Assembly: GCF_030684315.1 (NCBI RefSeq)
Contig: NC_081371.1
Location: 40,802,390 to 40,866,389 of the forward strand
DNA: 64,000 bases
Reading direction: 5' to 3'
Source of the DNA: Stegostoma tigrinum
Lineage: Eukaryota
In this document: positions 25,855 through 36,275 of the stretch, piece by piece
How the letters are laid out: each line of letters opens with the position of its first letter
How positions within the stretch are numbered: position 1 is the stretch's first letter
Translations under genes and position numbers: made by a program
The notes under the pieces: generated by a model
Database searches by the model: none
What the model saw: only the letters and a program-made list of their open reading frames with translations
What the model was told of the DNA's origin: nothing

Positions 25855-26487
25855 TTAATTATATATTTTCCAAATCATTAGTTGGAAATTCCTTCGATAT
25901 CTGCAAATAAAAAAGCAATTAAATGAAATGTTCAGCAATAACCATCCTACTTCTCACTTTCAGTCTCTATAGCAAAACTTTTCTTCTTGGACAATGTGGA
26001 CAAATAGCCTAATCAATTGCCTGCAGCTATGTTACTAGATATTTTCACTGACACTAACACTTCGTTGTAAGTGTACATGGCAGTTAAGATGGTAACAGAC
26101 TGGTCAGCTCTTTTTTAAATTTGGTGATCTTTTACTATAATTACAGATGAGGTGCCAGATGACTGGAGGGTGACTACCTTCGTCTAAGAAAGGTTATGAG
26201 GCGAAACCGGGGAACTATAGATCTGTGAATTTGACTTCAGTTGTGGTACATGGTTGAAGGTGATTATAAAAGATAGAATTTATGGACGTTTAAAGAGGCA
26301 CAAATTGATTAGGGATAATCAATATGGTTTTGTGCGAGGAAAATTGTGTCTTACAAACTTGACTGAGTTTTTTGAGGAGGTACCAAAAAGACTGATGACG
26401 GCATAGCAGTTGAAGTTGTTTATTTGGATTTTAGTAAAGCTTTTGACAAGGTTCCACATGGTAGACTAATTAGTAAAGTTAGGTCAC

Positions 26488-26661
26488 TAGCGAGTTTTGA
26501 GAAGATTTGTAGCTAAGGTTGAGGTTCTGGATGTAAGTTTGCTCGCTGAGCTGGAAGGTTCGTTTTCAGACGTTTCGTCACCATTCTAGGTAACATCATC
26601 AGTGAGCCTCCGGTGAACGTCTGAAAACGAACCTTCCAGCTCAGCGAGCAAACTTACATCC
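26488..26661 (-). mobile_element. Fold-back pseudo-LTR insertion of a Poseidon/Penelope-type element
   Basis: 11-bp TSD agttaggtcac (26477-26487, 26662-26672). Perfect 48-bp inverted arms 26527-26574 / 26616-26663. Homologous to the 3' end of the element at 54555-56845. Confidence 0.85.
26566..26605 (-). ncRNA. Minimal hammerhead ribozyme-like motif
   Basis: The - strand reads UCA-CUGAUGA-U-GUUACC UAGAAU GGUGAC-GAAA-C-GUC-UGA: core boxes, 6-bp stem II, palindromic ACGU at stem III and a 3-bp stem I. Such motifs are known from Penelope-like element pLTRs. Confidence 0.65.
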
Positions 26662-27751
26662 AGTTAGGTCACATGGGATTCAGGGTGAAGCTTGCCAATT
26701 GGATACATAAGTGGCTTAACTGCAGGAAACAGAGAATAATGATGGAGGATTGCTTTTTGGACTGGAGGCCTGTCACCAGCGGTATTCCACGGATCAGCTC
26801 TGTGTCCTCTTTTGTTTGTCATTTATATAAATAATTTGGAATGAGAATATAGGAGGCTTGATTACCAAGTTTGTGAACAACACCGAAATTGATGTCATAG
26901 TAGACAGTGAAGAAGATTTCTAAGATTACAAAGGGATCTTGATCAAATGGGTCAATAGGCTGAAAAATGGTAGATGGAGTTCAACCTGGATAAATGCAGA
27001 GTGTTGGGTGGTAGGGCTTATACAATTAATGGTACTGTAGTAGAACAGAGGGAACCAAGAGTGCAGGTACATTATTCTTTGAAGTTCAAATCACAGGATG
27101 GTTAGAAAGGCACTGGGCATGCTTGCCTTCATTGCTCAGTCCTTTGAGTATAGGAGTTGGGAAGTCATGTTGAGGCTGTAGAGGTCATTGGTGAGGCCTC
27201 TTCTGGAATACTGTGTCCTGTTCTGGTTGCCCAGTTATAGGAAGAATATTATCAAACTGGAGAGGGTACAGAAGAGATACACCAGGATGTTGCTGGATAT
27301 GGAAGTTTGAGTTATATAGGAAGGTTGAATAGGCTGGGACATTTTTCACTGGAGTGTAGGAAGTTGAAAGGTGACCGGACATAAATTTATAAAATAATGA
27401 GAGGTATAGACAGAGTTAATGGTAGTTGTCTTTTCCTAGAGTTGGAGATTGCAAGACTAGGGAGCACATTTTTAAGGTGAGAAAAGAGAGTTTTTAAAAA
27501 AAGACATGGGGCAAATTTTTAATACAGAGGAATTAAAATGGCATGTGGAATAAGCTTCCTGAGGAAGTTGTGGATATGGGTACAATTACAACTTTTAAAA
27601 GGCATTTGGATAAGTACATGAATAGGAAAGGTATGGAGGGATATGGGCCAGGACCACGCAGATGGAAGTAGTTTAGTTTGGGATTATGTTTGGTATGGAT
27701 TGTTTGGAACAAACAGTCGGTTTCCACGCTGTATGACTCTATAACTCTATA

Positions 27752-27777
27752 AATTAAATCAAATCAAATCAAAATCA
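27752..27777. repeat. (AAATC)n microsatellite
   Basis: aattaaatcaaatcaaatcaaaatca. Confidence 0.7.
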
Positions 27778-28494
27778 AGTGTGCTGACTGCACTGTTCTT
27801 CTAGTCAGTACAGATCATGAGTTGGGAGCTTTTGTAGAAAAAGTCTTGGCAAGATGCTAGACTGCATCTCGTGGATGGTGCACACACAGCTCTGGTATTC
27901 CAATGACACAGCGTTGTGAGTTGAGGGTTTTAAATAGATGCCAATCAAGTCTACTTTTTTGTCCTGGATGGTGTCATATTCTGACCAATGTTTCTAAGGC
28001 ACTCTGACCCAGGCAGGTGGACAGCATTCCATCACAAATCTGACCTGTGTCTTTTAGCAACTGCAAAGGCTTTCAAGATTCAGGAGCTGGGTGGTTCACT
28101 TGATATAGAATGTCCAATATCTGACCTGCACTTGTAGCCACATGACATGTATATGGCGGTTCCAGTTAAGTTCCTGGTTAGTGGTGAACACCAGCATATT
28201 CATGCTCGGAAACTGAGTGACATCAATGCTATTGAATGTCAAGAGACAGTGATTAGGCTTTCTCTTTCTTGGTGTGGTCATTGTTGGGCATTTTTATGGC
28301 ATTAATGCCACCTGCCACTATTTAGCCAAAGCCTGAAAGTATTCGAAGTCTTGCTGAATGCAATGCAATAAGGCCATAAGTTAGAGGGAGCAGGATTGGG
28401 CCATTTGGCCTAACAAGTCTGCTCTACCATTTGGCCACATTGTCCTGCTTTCTCTCTATAACTGTGATCCCTTTACTGATCAGGAACCTATCCA

Positions 28495-29160
28495 ACAACA
28501 AAAACAGAATTTGCTGGAGAAGCTCAGCAGGTCTGGCAGCACCCGTGAAGAAAAAAAAGTCTTAACATTTCGGGTTGAGTGACCCTTCCTTAGAACTGAT
28601 GGTAGTTGGAAAATGTCAATTTATATGCAGTAAATAGGGATTGGGGGTTGGATAGGGAGTAAATGATAGGATAGAGCCCAAAGAGAGAGAAGAGCAGTTG
28701 GATAAACAAAGGAGTTGATAATGATCTGGCTAGGTGGGTAAATAGTTGATGAGGACTGTTAGTGGCTAACAATAGGGACTGTGTAATAGCAAGCTGTTTA
28801 ATACAAGGGCTGGTGTGGGATAGCGGGCTAGGACATAGAATAGTTAGGCCCTAAAATTATTGAACTCGAAATTGAGTCTGGAAAGCTGCAGGGTTCCCAA
28901 GTGGAAAATGAGGTGTTAGTCTTCCAGCTTTCGTTGAACTTCACTGGAACGCTGCAGCAAGCCTGAAACAGAGATGCTGGCTAGGGAACAGGGTGTGTGT
29001 TAAAGTGGCAGGCAACAGGTAGCTCAGGGTCTGTGTTGTGAGCAGAGCATAGATGTTCTGCAAAGCGGTTGCCCAGTCTATACTTCTTTTCCCCAATGTA
29101 GAGGAGACTACATTGTCAGCAGCAAATGCAGTAGGTCGAATTGCGCTCTGGGAAGGTAAG
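28495..29160 (-). mobile_element. Older Neptune-type Penelope-like element, 3' fragment
   Basis: Diverged GIY-YIG C-terminus (ctgcagggttcccaagtggaaaatgag; gttctgcaaagcggttgcccagtc) and pLTR (tgctggagaagctcagcaggtctggcagc...tttcgggttgagtgacccttc). Confidence 0.75.
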
Positions 29161-29199
29161 TGAACAGACATATTTGGGCAGTGGCCCAAATTATTGTGT

Positions 29200-31063
29200 G
29201 CTGGTAAATAGAGTGATTGGTTATGAATTTTTTATTTCATTTATCTATTATTTGATATTATAGTAGGACTAAGTTAAGCTTACGAGTAAAAATGGCAGGA
29301 GATCCCAGACCCATGTTATGCTCCTCTTGCTCAATGTGGGAGGTCAGGGACGTGGCTGATGTCTCTGACTCCTCTGCGTGCAGGAAGAGTGTCCAGTTGC
29401 AGCTCTTGTTAAACTGCATGATAGGTCTGGAGCTGCGCATGGGCTCACTCTAGAGCATTTGCGATGCTGAGGAAGTCATGGATAGCACGTTTAGCAAATT
29501 GGTCACACTGCAGATTAGGATTGCTGAGGGAGAAAGGGAATGGGTGACCAAAAGGCAGAGAAAAAGCAAGAAGGCAGCGCAGGTGTCCCCTGTGGTCATC
29601 TCCCTTGAAAACAGGTATACCGTTTTGGATACTGTTTGGGGGAGATAGCTCACCAGGGGAAGGCAGCAGTAGCCCGGTTCATGGCACTGTGGCTGGCTCT
29701 GCTGCACAGAAAGGCGGGAAAAAAGAGTGTAAGGGCTATAGTCATAGGGGATTCGATTGTAAGGGGAGTAGATAGGTGGTTCTGTGGTCGTAAACGAGAC
29801 TCCTGAAAGGTATGTTGCCTCCCAGGTGCACAATCAGGGGTATCTCAGATCAACAGCAGGATATTCTGAAGGTGGGGGTGGGGGTGTCGAATAACCAGCT
29901 GTCATGGTGCATTTAGGCACCAAAGATATAGGTAAAAAATGGGATGAGGTCCTACAAGCAGAATTTAGGGAGTTAGAAACCAAATTAGATAGTAGGACCT
30001 CAAAGGTAGTAATCTCAGGATTGCTACCAATGGCACGTGCTAGTCAGAGTAAAAATGAAAGCATAGGCAGGATAAGTGTGGCTTGAGAGATGGTGCAGGA
30101 GGGAGGGGTTCAGATTTTTGGGACATTGGGACCGGTTCTGGGGGAGGTGGGTCTAAATCGGATGGTCTACACCTGGGAAGGACTGGAACCAATGTTCAAT
30201 GTCCAAGGGGTGCTTTTGCTAACACCGTTGGGGAGGGTTTAAACTAATGTGGCAGGGGGATGGGAACCAAATGAGGAGGTTAGTGGACAATAAGGAAGTA
30301 GTAACTAAAGCCTGTAAGGAACGAGATAATGAAGTCAGTGGGACTAAAGGGAAGAGTAGGCAGAGAGCAGATGATGATCGCAAAAGAGACAGATAGTCTG
30401 AGGTGGGGAGAGATAATGGGAACTGCAGATGCTGGAGAATCCAAGATAATAAAGTGTGAAGCTGGATGAACACAGCAGGCCAAGCAGCATCTCAGGAGCA
30501 CAAAAGCTGACGTTTCGGGCCTAGACCCTTCATCAGCAGTGGGAGAGTGATTCCCTGAGGTTGGTCCGGAGGGAGGGGGGTAACTTCTTCAGGTTAGGCA
30601 TCCCTGGTAGAGGCTTCGCAGTGAGGTTAAAATTGTAGCAGTGAGGTTAAAATTGTATCAGAGATTGAAGCCTCTTCCAGGGATGCCTAACCTGAAGAAG
30701 TTACCCCCCTCCCTCCGGACCAACCTCAGGGAATCACTCTCCCACTGCTGATGAAGGGTCTAGGCCCGAAACGTCAGCTTTTGTGCTCCTGAGATGCTGC
30801 TTGGCCTGCTGTGTTCATCCAGCTTCACACTTTATTATCTATGATAGTCTGAGGTGCATTTGTTTTAATGTGAGAAGTGTGGCAGGTAAGGCAGATGAAT
30901 TTAGGGCTTGGATTAGCACCTGGGAGTATGATGTTATTGCTATTACTGAGACTTGGTTGATAGAACGGGAAAATTGGCAATTAAATATCCCAGGATATAG
31001 ATGATTCAGGCGGGATAGAGAGGGAGGTAAAAAGAGTGGAGGAGTTGCATTACTGGTCAAAGA
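29200..31063 (+). mobile_element. CR1 LINE 5' half: ORF1 (Cys motif plus SGNH esterase) and start of the ORF2 endonuclease, interrupted at 30406-30842
   Basis: ATG at 29292 reads MAGDPRPMLCSSCSMWEVRD...CRKSVQLQLL. Also AIVIGDSIVRG, VMVHLGTKDIG and KVVISGLLP, then LRCICFNVRSV..KADEF......EYDVIAITETWL. Confidence 0.9.
30406..30842. mobile_element. Fold-back insertion of Neptune-type pseudo-LTR sequence (174-bp inverted arms)
   Basis: 14-bp TSD gatagtctgaggtg (30392-30405, 30843-30856). Arms 30444-30617 / 30667-30840 show one mismatch; the spacer holds a 20-bp tandem duplication. Confidence 0.9.
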
Positions 31064-32362
31064 ACCAGTAAGCTAACCAGTGGAGTCTACTCTTCAAAGT
31101 GTAATATTTCCACGTTGTTGAAAGATTGTGACAGTTTGTCTAGAGGTGTAGCTGGTTCTGGAGCTTAGATTTTGAACTCTACAGCCCAGATGTCATTTGA
31201 ACCTGTAGTCTTTGTTGTGTCAGAACATAGTTTTGTCACATCACGTGAACTAAATCAAATTGGCAGGAGGTTTTTTAGTGATGGTTCATCACCAGAAATG
31301 CACTGAATCTCTTGACTATATTCAAGAGAGTTTATTGAATGGTATAATTTTGAATCAACAACAGGATAAGCTATATTAAATTTAGTAATGAGAAAGGTTT
31401 GATAACATGTGTAGAGTAACTTGTCTCACGGTGATTATAAAAATAATTAATTATTAAATTCAAAGTTACATTTACATAGAATTATGTAGAATATACAGAA
31501 CAGAAAAGGCCAGTTAATCAAAAAGTTCAGCAATAAGCTCACTAAATGAGATTGTTAAAAGAACATGGGCCTGACTGATGTATACCAGTTCCGTTGATGT
31601 TGAAACTGTTGACAGTTTAGTTTATTTGCAATTTTGAGCCAATTCAGAGGAGCAAAGCTAATGTTATGTTCCGTCACCAAAAGCGTAAGTTATAAATTAA
31701 GCAAGTAGTAGTCCCACTGCGTGTTAACTCATGTGAGATCAAACCTTGGAGTACTGCCATGTCCAGGATATCAAGAAACAAAAGGAACATTTACGTGCTG
31801 AAGCAGCAAGTAGGATTGATCAATGGGAAATACTGTGTAAAGTTAAGCCTTTCGTCCTGGAATTGAGGCATCCGAGGGATGACATTACAGAGCTTTGAAA
31901 AAGTCAACTGCAAAACATTAAAGCGTTTGTAGGAGCCACACTATCCTATCATAAATGCAGTGTTTTGGAAAATAAGTTTTGAAAGGAATGTAAACTAACC
32001 TTCAAATGGAAATGGGCAAGGGGACAACTGTTATCTAATGCGCTGAGTTGCTGCCCCATGGGCATTGGTAGAAAGGACTTAGGCAACAAATTCCAGAAAC
32101 AGGGAGCATCAATCAGTGCTCAGGGGAAAAGGGGAGGCCTAGTCAGGACACACTTGTAGGTGGCAGATCTTGTCAGGAAGACATCTTCCCCAGACAGAAG
32201 GTAGACTAGAAGAGGAGGAAGATTGCTGGAAAGAGTTCACGAGCACTTTGGCTAGAGAGTAGGATGTTGCCATTATAGCTTCAACAAAACTAACACATTC
32301 TGTGCCAACAGTTTGTTTATCCTCTGGAGTCAGAGAGCCATCTTCAATTGTCATGTTGTATA

Positions 32363-32577
32363 CAGGCAGTCCCCAGGCTGCTAACGGGTTCCATTCTTGA
32401 GTCTGTTCAGAAGTCAATTTGGGTGTAAGTGGGAACACAACACAAGGCAAGAGAAAGTAGCTCTTCATAGGTTCAGGAAACATTCCCACGTTGGATCTTT
32501 AGAATTACACCACGTATACGAGATTGTTTAAGTGCAAGCATTCATAAGTCGGATGTTAGTAAATCGAGGACTCCGTG
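32363..32577. mobile_element. Tigger/pogo-like MITE
   Basis: TA-caggcagtccccaggctgctaac at the left end and a degenerate inverted copy gttagtaaatcgaggactccgtg at the right end. Confidence 0.5.
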
Positions 32578-32733
32578 CACTTTGTTTGTTAATGTATCAG
32601 CTAAACTGCTGCTTCTTAACAAAAAGCAATAAGCTATCGGAAAATTACTACAAACAGTTGATTGCCTATATTAGATAACTGATCACGAATCCTCAAATCA
32701 GCAGTTTTTGGGGGAAGGATGGGTGGTGACTTT

Positions 32734-34005
32734 GAGATAACAAAGTGTGAAGCTGGATGAACACAGCAGGCCAAGCAGCATCTCAGGAGCACAAAAGCTG
32801 ACGTTTTGGGCCTAGACCCTTCATCAGAGAGGGGGATGGGGTGAGGGTTCTGGAATAAATAGGGAGAGAGGGGGAGGTGGACCGAAGATGGAGAAAAGAA
32901 CATAGGTGGAGAGGAGAGTATAGGTAGGGAGGTAGGGAGGGGATAGGTCAGTCCAGGGAGGACGGATAGGTCAAGGAGGTGGGATGAGGTTAGTAGGTAG
33001 GAAATGGAGGTGCAGCTTGAGGTGGGAAGAGGGGATAAGTGAGAGGAAGAACAGGTTAGGGAGACGGGGACAAGCTGGGCTGGTTTTGGGATGCAGTGGG
33101 GGGAGGGGACGAGCTGGGCTGGTTTTGGCATGCAGTGGGGGAAGGGGAGATTTTGAAGCTCGTGAAGTCCTCGTTGATGCCATTGGGCTGCAGGGTTCCC
33201 AAGCGGAATATGAGTTGCTGTTCCTGAAACCTTTGGGTGGCATCATTGTGGCACTGCAGGAGGCCCATGATGGACATGTCGTCTGAGGAACGGGAGGGGG
33301 AGTTAAAATGGTTCGCGACTGGGAGGTGCTGTTGTTTATTGCGAACCGAGCAGAGGTGTTCTGCAAAGCGGTCCCCAAGCCTCTGCTTGGTTTCCTCAAT
33401 ATAGAGGAAGCCACACCGGATACGGTGGATACAGTATACCACATTGGCAGATGTGCAGATGAACATCTGCTTAGTATGGAGAGTCATCTTGGGGCCTGGG
33501 ATGGGGGTGAGGGAGGTGGTGTGGGGTCAAGTGTAGCACTTCCTGTGGTTGCAGGGGAAGGTGCCGGGTGTGGTGGGGTTGGAGGGGAGTGTGGAGTGGA
33601 CGGGGGAGTCACGGAGAGAGTGGTCTCTCCAGAAGGCAGACAAGGGTGGGAATGGAAAAATGTCCTGGGTGGTGGGGTCAGATTGTAGATGGCGGAAGTG
33701 TCAGAGGATGATGCGTTGTATCTGGAGGTTGCTGGGGTGGTAGGTGAGGATAAGGGGGATCCTCTTATGGCGGTTGTTGCAGGGGCAGGGTGTGAGTGAT
33801 GTGTTGCGGGAAACACGGGAGACGCGGTCAAGGGCGTTCTCGACCACTGCAGGGGGAAAGTTGCGGTCCTTGAAGAACTTGGACATCTGGGATGTGTGGG
33901 AGTGGAATGCCTCATCTTGGGAGCAGGAGCGGCGGAGGCAAAGGAATTGGGAATAGGGGATGGAATTTTTGCAGGAGGGTGATTGGGAGTAGGTGTATTC
34001 TAGGT
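32734..34005 (-). mobile_element. Penelope-like element (Neptune-type), 5'-truncated
   Basis: ORFs 33056-33487 (GIY-YIG) and 33701-33886. Colinear with 11078-12390 but carries stop codons. Confidence 0.95.
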
Positions 34006-34140
34006 ACTTTGGTTGGGAGCCTTGGCTCTAGGACAAACCTTCTTACTGTAAGACTGAGTTAAAACCTGGGGCAGTTTCTTCCTGATCCACGAGGGGCCGG
34101 GGGTGGGGATGTAGGTGCAGTTGTGCCTTCAGTCTCTCAC

Positions 34141-34420
34141 CTACCAATTCAGAATGATCTATTTCTACGTTTCTTTTTCTTTTCACAATCATTCACTTAT
34201 CATTAAAGAATTCATCCTAAATTTGGCTTTAACCTTTAATAACCAACGGAGAAAAAAAAGTTCATACCGGACTTTGACGACCTCAAGCTAAAAGTTCTGA
34301 CTTCCGCTGCTGAGTTCTGCACCTTTGACAGAAAGGACAACATTCGGAGCCTCCCAGCAACGGTGGCAGTTCCGTCCTTGCTATTGTTGAACTCGCTGTG
34401 ATTTACGCGTCAGATAGAGC
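34141..34420 (-). promoter_or_regulatory. Candidate promoter and non-coding first exon of the CH-domain gene
   Basis: Local CpG enrichment from about 34080 to 35400. Good donor TAG|GTGAGA at 34140. The first coding exon has its own acceptor, so an upstream exon is expected. The 5' boundary is unknown. Confidence 0.45.
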
Positions 34421-36112
34421 TGCAGTGTTGTTTACAGTTTCTATGACTCCAAAAAGAACCCGGCCTTCCTAACTCGTGGTTTTCTCGTGGAATTTCGCTG
34501 ACATTCTTCCCTCCTATTATCCTTATTTCCAATCAACATTTATACTGTGTGTCATTATCACCCTGTATCAGTCAACCGGCTGCACTTCTCCCGTTCCTGC
34601 TCGTTGTCATCGCACCTACATTAGCCCTGAGGGTGGGGTAATAACCAGTGTTCTGGCAGCGGTCATTTTGATGCTTATGTGTCAGGTAGCAATTTGGAAG
34701 GGCTCGAGTGACATCTTGAACTATCAAAAATCCAGCGCCTTCCTTTAGAACCGTAGAACGGTTACAGCACGCAGGAGGCCATTCGTCCCGTCAAGTTTAT
34801 TTGCAAAAGCAACTAACCGATTGCCAGTTCCCCCCTTTTCAGTCGCACTGCTTTTTGTCTTGTTTTGGTTTGCACTGTCACTACTCACTGAGGAAACGCT
34901 CTTCACAGTTTAAGATTTTAAAATACCAAAACCCACAAACAACCTGTCTTTTGGCCAGACATTGATTTTAAAAAAACAGGCCAGGTTTCTGTCCAGAGCA
35001 AGAATCATTGATTATTTCAGGCAACCAACGGTAAACAATTTAACTTAATTGTTTTCGTAGCCGCTATCCTACAGACAGAATAAAATACATGGGTGGAGTG
35101 CCAACTGGAAAAACGCCAAGTTCACAAGATCTGTTGGATTGGTTCGTGCTGATCCAATCTTTTCCCAAATGCTTCCATTCTTTTGCAAAAGGCACAGGAC
35201 AGCAGTTCCACTTACAAAAGGTCTCTGAGTCATTCAATTCAAAGTCGCGACTTGCAGCATCAGCTGAAGAAAAAATGAGTCAGTTTTCCTCAGATTTAAA
35301 GTGGCTGCTGCGGATCGATGGGTTCCTTTCTGGTCTCGCTAAGTCGTCTCTCTCTTGCCTCCCAGACCAAGGTGTTCAGCTCGGTCGTCTCTGTCATGCT
35401 CACAGACCAAGGTGTTGGGGTGACAATCAATCGCCTTATTTTGCAAAAGGACCTTTGTCAGATAATTGGTCCCTAGTGCACAAATTAATCATCTTCACTT
35501 GTAAGTAATCCCTTGACCTCAGTTCATCTGCACTTTGCTGGAATCTACAGCTAGAGTTCACAATAGGTATAAAATTATTTAACTTCAAAACATTTAGTCA
35601 TCCTTGTAAATCCATAGCCTTCAAATAGTTATTTCTCATTTCAAGTATAAAAGGTGAAAAAAAGGCACAGTCTTTACAGCAGCTTTTTCAAAATCATAGT
35701 GGATCTGATTCTACTGCATTCTCAGGCAGTATATTCCACATTCCTAAACACTTTAAAACAAAAACCCTTATAGGGCTTTTGATTTTTTTTTTATTTGCCA
35801 TTGATCTTAAATATGTGCACTTTGATTCTTTTCCTTTCCACCAATGGAAAGTTTTGTCATTTCTGTTCTAGATAGTTAGGCAGACCCTGCAAAGTTCTGC
35901 CTAGCTCCATCATATGTTCTTTCAAAGTGCAGACATTTACCTGTAAGTTGCTGGGGGTTCTTACTTCATACAAGGTAACTATTTGGTCCATCCAGATAAT
36001 GCTAGCTCTCTGTTGCCCCTGCTTTAGCCTTTATTTCCCTCAAGTACCCAATCAATTTCCTTTTGAAAATTTTTGCTTTCACTATCCTCAGAGATAGTGA
36101 ATTCCTGTATGT

Positions 36113-36275
36113 CAGCCATAGAGCACGGAAACAGACTCGTTGGTCCGACAAGATTCCCAAATTAAACTAGTCCCACTGGTCTGCATTTGGCCCGTATCCC
36201 TCTAAACATTTGCTATTCATGTACCTGTTTAAATGTCTTTTCAATGTTGAAACTGTACCTGCAATTACCATATTT
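36113..36275 (-). mobile_element. CR1 3' end fragment
   Basis: agcacggaaacagactcgttggtcc...gcatttggcccgtatccctctaaac, same family as 9555 and 47310. Confidence 0.8.

Larger units (their letters stand above)
26140..27750 (+). mobile_element. CR1 LINE (RT to 3' tail), interrupted at 26488-26661
   Basis: EVPDDWRV; GNYRSVNLTSV; YLDFSKAFDKVPHGRL; tail ctgtatgactctataactctat. Confidence 0.92.

Noticed and set aside
30618-30657. Direct repeats resembling a mini array
   Set aside because: Only two adjacent 20-mers without spacers in eukaryotic DNA; there is no CRISPR array anywhere in the window.
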